64,000 bases of DNA from Saccostrea cucullata. Taxonomy: Eukaryota. The translations under genes were made by a program, and so were the position numbers. Shown one piece after another: positions 1-13,465 of the stretch. Under the pieces are notes generated by a model. The model did no database searches. It was not told the DNA's origin and was given only the letters and a program-made list of their open reading frames with translations. Positions within the stretch are counted from its first letter, which is position 1; every line of letters begins with the position of its first letter. The DNA lies in NCBI RefSeq assembly GCF_032062105.1, contig NW_026935306.1, forward strand, positions 1 through 64,000, in the 5' to 3' direction.

Positions 1-371
1 ATCCTATAAGATAATACCCTACAATCTTAGTGAAAAATATTTTGTTAGTAAGATGCGATATATTAATTTTTAAAATAAAATGTAAAAGGCATGTATTTAT
101 TGTCACTTATCTTTTTACATATCAACTTACGATGTTTATTTTTACATATAAACATTTTTTTCTTTTAAAATGGCGACAAATATATTATAAGCGTTACTAA
201 AATCCTACAAGTGTTGTGTTGAGATGGCAATGGGAAATTTGATAAATTACCTTTCGTATTAAGTCTTGAAAATTATTTATTCATTTTATTCAATTTATTT
301 TCCAACGTTTGGTAGGTTATCAAATTATTTAGTACATTGTGCATTTGAAAACTTCCCTCTAAGGTAGCTAC

Positions 372-718
372 CGTTCACTGTAGCTCAGTCGGTAGAGCGC
401 TCGCTCCGTGATCGGGAGGTCGTGAGTTCGTATCTCGGCTGCGACTGACCTAGTCGATAAAATTGGTAGCAACTGTTCCTTCGCCATGCGCTCGGCACTT
501 TGAAGTGAAAGTTGCGGGTCCTTCGGATGAGACCCTAAAAACCGAGGCCCCGTGTCAGTGGCAGGCGTTTGCACGATAAAGATCCCTCACTGCTCAATGG
601 CCCTGAGTGCCGAGTAAAGGTCAAAATTTGAAGCCATTCACTGGCATACGGTGACGTCTCTATATGAGTGAAAATTTTCGATAGGGACTTTAAACAATAT
701 ACAATCAATCAATCAATC
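372..718 (+). mobile_element. Full-length tRNA-derived SINE (Meta+Deu-domain-like)
   Basis: A box tagctcagtcgg, B box gagttcgtatc, core cggatgagaccctaaaaaccgaggccccgtg, (caat)n tail, agctacc on both flanks. Confidence 0.85.
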
Positions 719-1118
719 TAAGCTACCTCTTTGGGTTAGATTTGTGCAACAAAATGAATTTCAATGCATAATAAGATAAAGATATTTAGAGGAACATGCA
801 TAAAAAGCATTTGGATTTGATAAGGATCACTTACATTGAGAGATAGACTTTCCAATTAAGCCCTCTATGGTGTTTTGATTGTGCAGAGCAATAGATTTTG
901 GTTCAATACCAGAACACAGAATACCAGAAGAATTTTCGATCCGTCTCTTTATACATTTAATGATAACCACTATCCACCTGAAATGATAACGATAATTTCT
1001 TCTAAAACAGAAAAAATTCGGCTCTTCAAACTGTCAACAATACCCCATTACCTCACGATAACGATAGTTTCTTTTTAAGAAAAAATCATTCAAACGTTAT
1101 TTCACGTACAAACTTGTC

Positions 1119-1818
1119 GTAAGGAGAGATGATACAATCATTTTTTTTCCTTGGAGGAGACAATATCATGTCACAAGTTTAAAAAAAAATGTGGATCATT
1201 CTAAGAATATTTTCTCCTAAGAACTGGAAAATGAAATAGACTTCGAAAATAGTAATAGTTCAATAAAAAAACAAAAATAGACATAGCACAATCAGTAACG
1301 GTTTACAGGTGAAAACAAATTTCAGAATATGTTATCTTGGCGCTAAAAGTGTAATATAAACTAAAGAACAATAAACCAAGCCAGGTGAATTTTATTAGGA
1401 AAAGTAAAATGGTCAAATTTAGTCTATGTAGTATTGCTGATTTTTTGTCATTTTGTTTTTCCTCAGAGTGTGATTTGTCTATATTTGTTTTGAATTTTTG
1501 GAAATATTACTAATATTTTCCAAGTCTATTTCATTTCCTAGTTCATAGGAGAAAAAAATCAAAGAATTATAAACTTTTCTAAACTTGTGACATGATACAT
1601 GTATTAAGGTCAGACGACACGTTCCTCTAAAATATATAATTGTTCTTAAGAATTTGTCTCAACAAGTATCCTAACAAAAAATTCATAGGCAGAAAAATAT
1701 TTCTTATATAACCCTTAGAATTATAAACTTTTCTAAAAACATTTTGAAAACAATGTGACATGATACATGTATTAAGCCTACTCCAAAGAAAAAAATGTTT
1801 GTATCATCTGTCCTTAAA
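1119..1818. mobile_element. Foldback non-autonomous DNA element with long imperfect inverted arms and an internal insertion/duplication
   Basis: ~1120-1290 is reverse-complementary to ~1470-1600 and 1780-1817; reverse-oriented relative at ~61500-61760. Confidence 0.55.
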
Positions 1819-2707
1819 GTCATTTTATTTTCCATGTTATGACAAAAAATTCTTACATTTATGATTCTTGTCTAAATATTGTAAGAATTCTAAACACAAC
1901 GTTTTGGTATTATCAAGAAGAAAGAGGTTACCGTCGCATGCTGTTTTTCATCATTTCGATATTGGGGCATTTTAAGACAATTCAGTGTATATAAATATCT
2001 TACCAATTAATATCAAAAACATCTATCGTCATTCAGTCGGCATTTGATATATTGTGTTTGGTATTGATAATACGTTGCTTATTATATCAGTATTTCTTAT
2101 TGAGCCAAGTGATTTCTTTTTGCCAGGTGTAAGATTTTGAATAAATTCTCTTTCACATGAATAAAAAAGGTCTGCTAGTAATAAATCACCATAAGTACCA
2201 ATGGACATAGCGACAGAATAACGATAAATGAGCTCTCAAAAACCTATATAGATATTTTAATCAAAAAACTAAAGCATCTTTTATTATAAGCTTCAAGGTA
2301 GATATGTGTGCATTTTCTTTTTCAAATAGGCAACGACAATGGCAAGGTAGTACGTAAATTCACAAATTCACCTTTTATTAAAAAAAAGTCATCTGACATT
2401 GATATAAGAAAGTCGGAACTTAAATTTATCGTTGGCATCGGTTATTGAAATGAAATATAGAGTTAATAAATGTAAATATGAATAGCCTTTCAACATGTCC
2501 TTCTTCAGAAAAGAAACTATGTGAAAACAGATCTAGCTTTAATTAATAAGCTCGACTCTTCTTACTTCGATGAAAAAAAACCTAAAAGATTTTAATAAGA
2601 TACTACATAGTTTGTTAAATGATAGTTTTGTTTGTAAAGTTACAAGGAATTATACACATTCAATAAAATGTATGAATAAAATAAACACTACAGGAAATTT
2701 ATCTAAC

Positions 2708-5700
2708 CTGCAGAATTCATCAGTGGCTGGTTCTTCAGACAGACACTTCGATGTTACTTCTACTGTAAATGATTGATTAAGACAAGGCGAATCTACAACA
2801 AAGGAAAATATGCAATATATAGTACATATAGTTTATGAGATATGCATATATAATATTAATTTTTCTGAATCCAAAAGTGTTCAATCAAAAGGAGAATCAA
2901 TACAATAGGAAAATATTTTCGGCGCTCTTACTACAAACGTCAACACTACAAAGTTCCCATCGAACACTTGAATTAGTCGTATAACACCAAGGTTCTTCTC
3001 TGTCAAAATTTCTACAGTAGTTCTCTTGAGCAAGACTAAAAACGAAATAGTTTTGCTCGTGTGGAGTCTGCGTATCCCATCGTTGACAAGTTAAACCTGA
3101 TTCTGTTACATTTGTAGTTCCTTTGTATAAATAACCAGGCAATCGACAATTTCTCGACATGGATTCTTCTAAAATATATTAAAACATGTTAGAATTGTTT
3201 TGTTTTGTTTTTTAAACATAGATATATTTATAAACGTTCCTTTGAAACTTAATTTACTATATACATGTTTAAACAAACACAGATTAATAGAAAAGTCCAC
3301 TTTTTGGGATATACAACCAGCAAAGCTATACATGATGTCCAGATTGACTTCAATACATGTATGTATAATGAAAAAGGGTTTATTAAACAATAGTAATTGG
3401 TCTCTAGAACCAACATTTATTCAAAAACACTAAACGCATAGATGAATTAATCCTAAATATTTTATAGATACCTGATGTCACTGGAGTGCCGTAAGATAGC
3501 AAATATGTGGTAGTATACGTTGATATAATTGGAAATGTCCGAAGTACAGTTTCTGAAAACTCCAGGTAAACAGTTGTAATACCTAAATAAAAGTCAAAGG
3601 GTTTTAGTAAATACACAAATGATATTGTTTGTTTTAAAGTATCAAATTAATATCTACAAGAATACACCTACATGTATCAAGAAATTAAAAAAAAATAGAT
3701 TTTCTAGAAAAAATAGAAAAAAAAGTTTTACTTGTAATTTGTTACCAGTGCCTACAAAATTAAAATCTTCATTCTGATTGTTGACATCTTATTCATTACT
3801 TCAAAATATTCTTACCTTGTCTTTTGCATTTTGATTTTTATACAAAGGTACTCTGAAGATTATATCAAAACAAAATTGATAGAGATTTTGATTGACATTA
3901 TACGAGTATGTGCATGTAGCTTTTGGAAATCAGTGGCAGTTTAACAGAGCGAGCGCTCGCGAACATTTCTATGGGAGGTTTAAGGTACCAGTATTTTGGC
4001 GAGCGATCGCGAATGTTCGATCTGTTAAACATGCCTCAGGTCTTCTGACTTTCTGGTTAAAACTCCAAAGATACCAATCGCGTCATTAGCAGACCTAATT
4101 TTCGATTCATATAAGCATTCAAAAAAGTCAACACGAGAAAAAGAAAAAAACGCTTGCTGCCACCTCCGAAACATCATATATATTTATTTACAAAGTATAA
4201 TATTAATTGTTTTAAAAACATAGTAATTTTAATTCATACTTTAATTTGATTATTCCCAGTAAACTTGAAATAAAATGAAAACACCGAGTCGAATACCTTT
4301 GTTTTATATATTGATAAATAACAAGAAAAAGACGGTAATGTTACTAAGAAGAAAAAAATATAATGAATGTGACAACTTCAATGTTTTCATCGCCAACTTC
4401 CATCTCTTGTCTAGCAATAAATGCTTATCACTCGTTCCGTTTATGAGATCATGAATATGACCAAGAAGCACGCCAGAGCTATGCTTACTTATCTATGCCA
4501 CCTTATCAAGCATTGATGCTTTTTGTTTGTTCGATTGTTTTATTATTTCTTGAAGTCATTCTTTGATTTCCCTCTTATTTATATATTGTTTTAAAGACCT
4601 ATTTTTTTTTTACCGGACAGTTACCTGAGAAGGAGGAGGGTGGACTAAGTAATTGTGGTATTTACCTGGAGACCCCCAATATTCAAGATGTCTTAAACCT
4701 ATATACACGTACATGTAGCAGTACACAGGAAAACTGTGTTTGGTTATGAAGATCAACCTTACCTGTTTCGTGTCTAATTTTGAGTGAAACAACTTGAAAA
4801 ATCTAAATATTTCAACATGAAATTCATAGGTTGATACAAACGCTTAAATTGAAAAAAGAAAAAAATATATACAGAAATGCATTTCTTTAACTTTAAAGAT
4901 TTGTAAAATTAAAGAAACGATCACAAGTTAAAATTTAAAAGAAATCACGATCTGTTTATTTCTTTACATTTTCAATACGAATATAGATAGACAAGCCTTT
5001 GGAGGAAATTCGAACAATAACTAACAATCTCGAAACTCGTGTACTCGAGTAATAATTCAAACTTATTTTTACAACTAGGTGTAGATTGTATCAATATAAT
5101 TTTTTAAAGATTAAACATGCGAGAAGGGAATTTATATAACCCATGCCCTTTGTGTTAAATATCTTTTCTTTGTTATCATATCATGTTTTTTATCTTAATT
5201 GGCAAATAAAAGTTTCTGCGGGGGGTCTACAGACACTAGGACGACATATCGCTTTCAAGTACCATTCTGCCGTGAAGATTGAAAACACATATTTTGTAAT
5301 GTTAGTGTTTTACTTACCTATTGTCAATTATTTTGAGAATTAGAATTTTGTAGCCCGCGTGTACACAAGGCGGGTACATGGAAGTGTTCGACGTGTACCT
5401 AATAACTGTTTTCAAAAGATGTAAATTTAGATGTTTAGGTCAAAATCAAAATCAAATTAGAAGCTATTGGTATTTGCAAAATTAACAGGCAGTAAATTAC
5501 TGATCTTGAATGGGGCAGATGTTTGGGGCTTTAACTTAAAATTGGGTGTTAAATAAACTTTTGAGCTTCACTACTGTTCATTTTCTCTATTTTTTATTCA
5601 GGAACACAACTTAATACGTTTAGTCACGGTTAACATAATCGTTCTATTAATGTAGAAATTTGTCATCTTATTCAACAAAACACTAAACCAGAAACGGATA

Positions 5701-6360
5701 TAAATACTTACGTGTATAAAACTACTTGACCTGTCTGTGGTTTCTTTTTTATATCAGTTTAAAATTTATAGGAACATGAGTCAACTTATGTTTCCGAGGC
5801 TGCCATGACCTACGCTCTCTTTTTCATTAAAGAAGAATCGTTGAATATTTATTAAATTTCTCACATAGAACATCTTGAAGAACTTAATTTTGAAAATATC
5901 GCTGAATATATTGAACGTGAACTGAATTGTAACGTGGGTATGACTTTAAGGGTAAAAGAGGGGCATGTTTCCCTTATCCTTAAACTATCTCTGAACTATT
6001 AATTTTCATATTGGGAAATTAAAAAAAATATGATGAAAATTGTTTCATATGTTTCGCAGGTCCTTCAAATCATAAAGCAATATAAATAGAAAAACTTTAT
6101 ATTAAAAAGAAAATATGTATAAGTAGTTTTTAATGTTCTATAGTGTATGTTAAAACTAGGCCTAGTATTTAATTTAGGCAGAAGGGATCAGTGAGATTGT
6201 CGTTCTTATCAGAAAGATTATACCGGTATTTCAAAACCACCACACATGTTGAGATTGAATATTAAACATGTTTAAAAAGTATGAAAACGAAAACGATAAC
6301 TGAGAAAGCGTAAATTAATGCATTACCTGATACGAAATAAAGAAGATTAAAAGCCATCAT
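2708..6360 (-). CDS. Gene B: tandem paralog of gene A, 5' part (SP, Thr-rich exon, kringle, start of 6-Cys module)
   Basis: Exons 6327-6360 (MMAFNLLYFVS), candidate 4666-4698, 3472-3582 (Thr-rich), 2932-3168 (kringle), 2708-2792 ([27 protein letters not shown]); next exon not found in 1-2700. Confidence 0.75.
2932..3168 (-). CDS. Gene B kringle exon
   Basis: [50 protein letters not shown]; 237 nt, phase 1-1. Confidence 0.95.
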
Positions 6361-6857
6361 GAAATAAAGTTTTAAAAGGTCAAATTTCGAGGAAAAAACA
6401 AACGCTCGCTGAATCTATGGAAGTGCTTGATTTATGAAATTGCCTCTTTCCGGTTTTAATATCTATTTTATTTAGTGTTTTAAAAAAGGTTTGAATTATT
6501 TGTCACTTGAAATTTTATTATATGCACTGACATGATATGACTTTAAAAATGTTATATAATAGGGGGCAATAATTGGGGAGTCTGATAAAAATGAATAGTG
6601 TAGAAAAAAAGTAAGGGCAACTTTGAACGATTGATATCAAACTTTAGTTTGTTTTTTTTCCCCATAAATTTGCAAAGAATCCTTGCAATGAACAAAAGAT
6701 AGAATCTTTAAGTATTCAATAAACTTTAAGATGACGCTGAACAGGAAAAATTAGGTATATGCATATTGGACATACGGGAAATGCATTGTATGTTTAATGA
6801 TTTCGATTGTCTGTCTAACATTGAGAAATGATCTTGCCTAAGAACAATGTACAGTTT

Positions 6858-7010
6858 NNNNNNNNNNNNNNNNNNNNNNNNNNNNNNNNNNNNNNNNNNN
6901 NNNNNNNNNNNNNNNNNNNNNNNNNNNNNNNNNNNNNNNNNNNNNNNNNNNNNNNNNNNNNNNNNNNNNNNNNNNNNNNNNNNNNNNNNNNNNNNNNNNN
7001 NNNNNNNNNN
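6858..7010. other. Assembly gap
   Basis: Run of N. Confidence 1.
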
Positions 7011-7222
7011 AAATTAAAATTCATTTTTCTGAATCAAAGGAATTCCATGCAATAAGAATACACAAATTGTTTCTTCTCAAATGACCTCCTTAATGCTAAT
7101 TTTGACGTCAATAACTTTTCCTGTATTTTTCCTGTATTTTCTAAAAAAAAAAATTGCAGAAGACATCACTTTTTACTGAAATTTTCTCAGAGAAAAAAAA
7201 ACACACTCTGCCACCGTCGCCC

Positions 7223-7464
7223 ACAAAGATTTTGTTGTATGTGATTTTTTAAAGCAGTTTACATAAAATATCAAAAAATTGAAGCGAGCTACGGTGGCAG
7301 ACACTATTTCCTAAAGGAATATAAGCACAGAAATGAGTCATTCTGAGGCTTTTCTGCATTAAACTTAGAAATGTATGAACTTAGAGAGTAATATTTCTAG
7401 AAGGGTCCTCCTTCATGGGATATTCTTTAATGATTATCAGATTCATCTACTCAACTATTGTTAA
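7223..7464 (+). repeat. 242-bp direct repeat, copy 1
   Basis: Matches 11081-11322 with 2 mismatches seen. Confidence 0.9.
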
Positions 7465-8229
7465 GGTGATTCGAACCTGTCGTGAAAGTAATTGGAATTT
7501 TAAAAGATGATTACCTTCGGATAAAGGACAAGTTTATGGTTTAAGAATCATAAAAAATTATATATGTTAATGCGCTCGTTTCCATGGCAACAACCTCTGA
7601 ATATGCCCTTGTTTAAAAATGTAAAATCTGTGAAAAAATTCCCACTGTCAGTAAAAAAAGGATAAAAAAAATTACAAATTATAATCAGAATTTATTTATT
7701 TTCATGTATAAAATAGGGTAACAGATCAAGATTATCTTGATATTATTTACTCATATATATTGCATTCCAACAACATTGTATGACAGCCTGAATTTCCTCT
7801 GTCTTCTTAAAAATTGTGCATTTTTTCTGAACCTTGAGAACAAAAATGGCTATAAACCCACTCTAAAAGTAATTGGATATTTATTATCTAAACTTTATTT
7901 TGAATAAGAGATATATAGCTAAGTAATGGAGGGCAGAAATTGGTATGGTCATGAGTCAAATAAAAAGATATGCTAATCCGAATTTCCTCTGTTCTATTTT
8001 TAATAATTACCACGAATTACATATATTGGCAATTAAGGCTATTAAAATTGAATCAAAAGTAACACAATTATCAAAATTTATTGTGTTAAATATGTTAAAA
8101 ACTATAGTTATATATATTGAATACTAGGATATAATTGTTAAAAACTTGAGTTGTTTAACATTTACTTTTGCCGAATTTCTCTTTGACTTCCGATATATTT
8201 AAACCTTAAACTTTTGAATTTTCCATGCC

Positions 8230-11080
8230 TAAGATCACACAAATTATGCAAGATGGATTCCTGTTCATCTCAAGGAACTCCCTACAAAACACCCTGAACT
8301 AAATCAAGAATTTAATGATGGAAATTTCACAGTGCAAAACACCAAACGGCACATTCTCTGCATATTCTTATTGATTTTTTAAAATGAACAAAATAACGCG
8401 AATATCAATGTACAAGGTTTGCTTACTAATAACCTCCAATCCTTCTTCAATGGATGATATCTGGGCCAGCTTCAAGGTGAAGAATCTGACAAGAGAGGGT
8501 CAAAAGATACCCATCATCATGATCAAACACCTAGTATACGGTCTCGTTTGCTAAAGATATTCACTCTCTTGTTTGTCTGATTAATGACCTTGGCAATCCT
8601 TTCGATAAATTATGTAAAGATTTTCTAGTTCTAGATACAAAGGAACTTTCAGACCAATCTGCAGTAAGAGCTGTAATATGTGTAATGAGAGTTGGAATTG
8701 ATAAATTTACACAGTTTTGCAAAGAATCTCTCATTAACAGGTGAAGACTAATCAATGATATCATTCATCGTAGTAGAGTAAGCTTATTCAAAATACAAGC
8801 AGTTCAAAATTCATTGAAAAGAAAGAGGATGTAACTTAGCTCAAACGTAATGTGACTCTAGAATTTGTCAAAACAGACAAGGTAACCTTAGAGAATTCTT
8901 TCGAATCCACTATGCCCGCCTTCACTTTCTGATGCATGTAACATCCATCTTGGAACCAAGAGTGACCTTCTTCAGTGCTTGGAGGAATTTGACGAGGAGC
9001 GAGCTGAGCCTCCATTGACAAGCTGTGTAATTTTGAATGGTTCAATTGTTGTTCAAATGCTTATATTAGGTCAATTACTGCTAAGACCTCAGAAAATTAT
9101 GCTCATCAGAACTTCATTCCATATATTCCTCAGTTTCTAAGACCTTCGCGTGTAAACCTGGTATGGGAAAAATATATAGACAATTCATTAAAAGGTACCG
9201 TTAGAGCAAAGCGAGGCAAGAGAAAACGAGTACGTGTTACTGCCGAGTCAACAGTACCTAGAGATTGGCAAGATTTCCTCGAGTAGATAGAAACAAGACG
9301 GAACTTTACAGATTCCTCTCAAGATCTCTCATTACGACTTTTGATGAAAGTGTCAACCAAATAGTTATCACCGATAGTAGAAATGTTCTTTCAAAGCTCT
9401 AAATACAAGATATCTTTTCGATTTCTCCATGTAATCACGAGGAAGCAGATAGCCGAATGCTGTTACACACAGCACATGCATCTCGCCAAGGCCGTAACAG
9501 AATACTGATCCGCACTGTTAACACTGATGTTGTGGTCCTGGCTGTGTCCATGGAAAAACTTTGAACCCAGAGATGGAACTTTGAATAGCCTTTGGAACTG
9601 GAAAAAATTTCCGTCACTTGGCAGCCCATATAATTGGACGTGGCCTTGGACACAGAAAAGCTTTTACACATACAATGTTTCATACGCTGACTGGATGTCA
9701 CACTGTTTCCAGCTTTGGTGGGCTTGGCAAAAAAAACTGCACGGAAAACTTGGAAGGCCCTACCTTAGCTCACTGACGCGCTTGTTAAATTAGTTTGTCC
9801 ACCAACTAATATACCAAGCGATGTTATGCTAAGCATTGAAGATTTGTCATCCTTCTCTATGACAGGACCAGTACATGCTCTGACATAAACCAAGCTCGGC
9901 AAAAGATTTTCGCAAGGACACCTGATGTGAAACAAATTCCGCCAACAAAGGCTGTGCTAGAGCATGTAAAACGAGCAACTTTCCAGGGAGGACATGTACG
10001 GGGACAGGTAGTACTGCAACTAAATCCATTATTGCTTTCCTCTATTGAGTGGGGTTGGATTATGACAGATGGTCTGTATGAGCCCCAATGGACAACACTG
10101 CCGGAAACCTCGAAAGTCTGTTATGAACTAATAAGATGCAACTGTGACTTGAAAAATAAAGGATCTAATTCAAAAAGGTGTTGTTGCAAACTTTCAGATC
10201 TCAAGTGCACTATCATATGTGGATGTGAAGGAGCTACATGTAAGTGATTACTGAAAGTCAGGACAAACAACAACTTTGTCAAAGCTTTTATTGTGGTCAC
10301 CAGGACCTAATATATGTCTTACATATATAAACATGTTGTCTTTTTAACTCTTTCATTACTTAGTAGCACATGCATTTAAAATTAACCATAGGGTTAGTCA
10401 CGTGTCACGTGGTTAGATCGTGTGTTTTAAAGTCTAAAGTTGTGAATTAAGGAATTAATAACAATGCTAGTTCCAACCGAGTGCACGATGAGACAAAATA
10501 GATATAAGTTTTGTGTCGAAGAAGGCTCTGTTGTGAAAAAAGATCCAACACTTATGAATAGATTGTACAGAGTATAGATATAATTTTGCACACACACCCC
10601 TCGCACCACACGCCCAGCAGCACCTGATGACATCATAGTACGAATGAAAAAATTCTCAAAGGGACATTATGCTCACAAATAAGCATATTTAAATCATAGA
10701 GAGTATGCACATAAAGCAGATAGTATATGTACTTTTAATGTTAAATAATGAAGAAAAAGTGGATTTGTTTGTTTTAAAGAAATGTTATAACCATTTTATT
10801 TCATTTAAAACTTTTTCTTTTTCTTTTTGAAGACAAAGAGAGTGTTTTTTGTTTTTCTGTATACCATGATTATCACTTATATTGTGAGAATTTTAAGTAA
10901 ATTTCAAGTATAACGAAAAACTATGGCGGCCATTTTGTAAAATGGCCGTCATGTCCGCCATGACATGATTCCGCGATGGCCCAATATCCAGATTTGTTTA
11001 GACAATAAATGTCTATATTTGTACAAAAATTGGTGCTTTTATCACAAAATGCACAATAGGTTGCCTATGCCGCCTGACTA
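8230..11080 (+). mobile_element. Degenerate Academ (AcademX-type) DNA transposon, 3' portion
   Basis: Frameshifted motifs DHTNYARWIPVHL, CNHEEADSRMLLH, NTDV, TGCHTVSSF (XPG-like), PPTKAVLEHVKRA, Cys-rich C-terminus; end ..gcttttatcacaaaatgcacaat..gaCTA. Confidence 0.75.
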
Positions 11081-11322
11081 ACAAAGATTTTGTTGTATGT
11101 GATTTTTTAAAGCAGTTTACATAAAATATCCAAAAATTGAAGCGAGCTACGGTGGCAGACACTATTTCCTAAAGGAATATAAGCACAGAAATGAGCCATT
11201 CTGAGGCTTTTCTGCATTAAACTTAGAAATGTATGAACTTAGAGAGTAATATTTCTAGAAGGGTCCTCCTTCATGGGATATTCTTTAATGATTATCAGAT
11301 TCATCTACTCAACTATTGTTAA
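11081..11322 (+). repeat. 242-bp direct repeat, copy 2
   Basis: Matches 7223-7464; abuts the Academ terminus. Confidence 0.9.
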
Positions 11323-11865
11323 AGCTAATTTCATAACTTTTTAAGAACGTTAATATTTTAGGGTACGATAAAGCCCAAAACATACCTTCTTCTTTAAAGT
11401 ACATGTAATACCGCGTTTAACCATATGCAAAAATGAAGAAATATTATAGTCCTGCAATGTCACTTGGTCAAGAGAATGTCATTCTACAATTTTTGACTGT
11501 TTTGTACAAAAACAGATAATTCTAGATTGTTATAAAAATACGAAAGGTACGTTATACCTTTTAAATCTCTTGAAAACATTTAATAGAAAAAGCCTTATAA
11601 TTATATTTTTCAAAAAAATGAGGCTTTAAAAAAAATCACAAGAATAATGTAAATGAAACGTGTATTGATGTTTCAAAATAACTTTTGCATGCTTAAGAGA
11701 CAAAACATATTTTTAGTTAAATCTTTCTTTCTTGTTCTTGTTCTTGTTCTTCATCACAAAAGTTTTTAAAAATGATGTCATTAGCATACAAGTGAGGCAT
11801 CGAATACGTCCTTTAGCATTCAAATTTGAATTAACCCACCCCATCTTATTATTGAATATGGTACT

Positions 11866-12047
11866 ACTGTATACCAAGTTTTATTCGCATTAGCGAAATT
11901 TTCGCGAAGTTCATGAGAGTCTCGTCATCGCAAATTATATATATTCAAAATGGCTTGATCGTGAAAACTAGTGTTTTCGAGTGAATTAAACACCAATAAA
12001 TGGCCAATTAAAGTCGTTAAATTAAGAATAAATGTTGGTTTACAGTA
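11866..12047. mobile_element. TA-flanked Tc1/mariner-type MITE
   Basis: tactgtatacc...ggtttacagta termini. Confidence 0.55.
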
Positions 12048-12394
12048 TATAAACTCATTAAAAATAACGGTACCGGTAAGTTCGAACTTCTCTCTCTTCT
12101 AATATGTTTTGTCACGAAATACATCCTCAGATAGAAATAATATATAATTGTTTAAAATGTAAAAATTCTCTGTCGAATAACCTCATTTCATAATTTAAAA
12201 AAACATTTCTATTTTTACACTCGTTTACGTGTTTGTAATGGAGTTTTATGAAGAGACTTACTTTTACAATCGACGACTGACTTTTACAATTTATACATAG
12301 ACCAACTCCATTATTTAAATTTAAAAGTCAGCTGTCGAATGTAAAAGTAACATTTAAAACTCCAAAAGTAATATAACTTATATTTCGTTGCAAA

Positions 12395-13340
12395 AAAACG
12401 AGTAGGTCTTCCGTCCTTTAAAAAACGTCAACAAGAGAAAGCAATGAGCTTTGTCGTCTCCATTTACTTTATAATTTCAATTTTGCATCAAAACTTTAGA
12501 AAATAAACAATTTTTGGCTACTTCTGGTTTGACCGGAAGTGATGTCGATGGACGGAAAATTTAGTCATATGCTTCCAGTGACATATGTTACCCAAAAACT
12601 TGTCAAGAACAGCAAAAATATGCATTTTCTGACTACTTCCGGTTTGACCGGAAGTGACGTCGCCGGACACATTTTGACGACTTCAATAGATTAAGCTTGA
12701 CATTATGAACAACTTTGCTTCTTGGATGTATTACAAATTCTCAATACTTTTTGAGATATCTGAAAAAAACTTTTGGCCCCTCTAGATCCCTTAATTTAGG
12801 GGTCAGCCCTTTTTGAGAAATATCATTTGAAAGATCATGTAATTCTGCACAAGTTTTGTTCTATGTGTTTTAACAAAATCTTTTTAGTTTAGAAGATAAA
12901 AAGCAAAATATATGTAAATTTTCGCTCTTTTAGGCGTTCTAATTTTTGACCCCTATATAGCACCATTTTGAATAGAGAAATCGAAAAACAAAAACCGCCA
13001 TGCACAACTTCAATCCTTGTATTATCTTAAATCAGTAAAATTTCTGCTCCAGCTCTAGCCGTCTCTGAGCCTTTGTCTGGAAACGAAAGCCTATAAATTT
13101 TCGTTTAAAGGGAAATAACTCAAAACCGGAAGTGACTTTTTAAAATTTTTGATAGCATTCTGATAGAGTTTAGTAACGTTCATAACCTCTGAAAATTTGA
13201 GCAAAATCCATTGGGAAATGAGTGAAATATGATGCCTCAAAGTTGGCGTCTAGGAAAAGGAAAAAAAAAAGAATAATAAGAATAATCTTAATCATCAGAA
13301 TCAGTAGAAGGTCTTCCGTTGGAGACGGAAAACCTTAATA
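12395..13340. mobile_element. Non-autonomous Helentron-like element
   Basis: Terminal hairpin aggtcttccgttggagacggaaaacctt and a second aggtcttccgt near 12404; reverse-oriented relative at 33925-34314/39970-40190. Confidence 0.6.
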
Positions 13341-13465
13341 AAAAATGAACCAAAGAAGCTTTGGATACTTTAAATACCTTTAAATACTACACAAGAAAAA
13401 TTTATGGCTAATATAGTCACAATATAACTTCATGTCCTGTGCTTTCCGAATCACTACTGTTTTCT

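Noticed and set aside
372-450. tRNA gene
   Set aside because: A/B boxes continue into a SINE core and (caat)n tail with flanking duplication; no proper acceptor stem
3817-3853. Gene B micro-exon with good AG/GTAAG
   Set aside because: About 37 nt; breaks the phase-1 chain or contains a stop
7223-11322. LTR retrotransposon or KolobokP with terminal direct repeats
   Set aside because: No TG..CA, PBS or RT; the interior is Academ-type; the repeat is part of a surrounding host repeat
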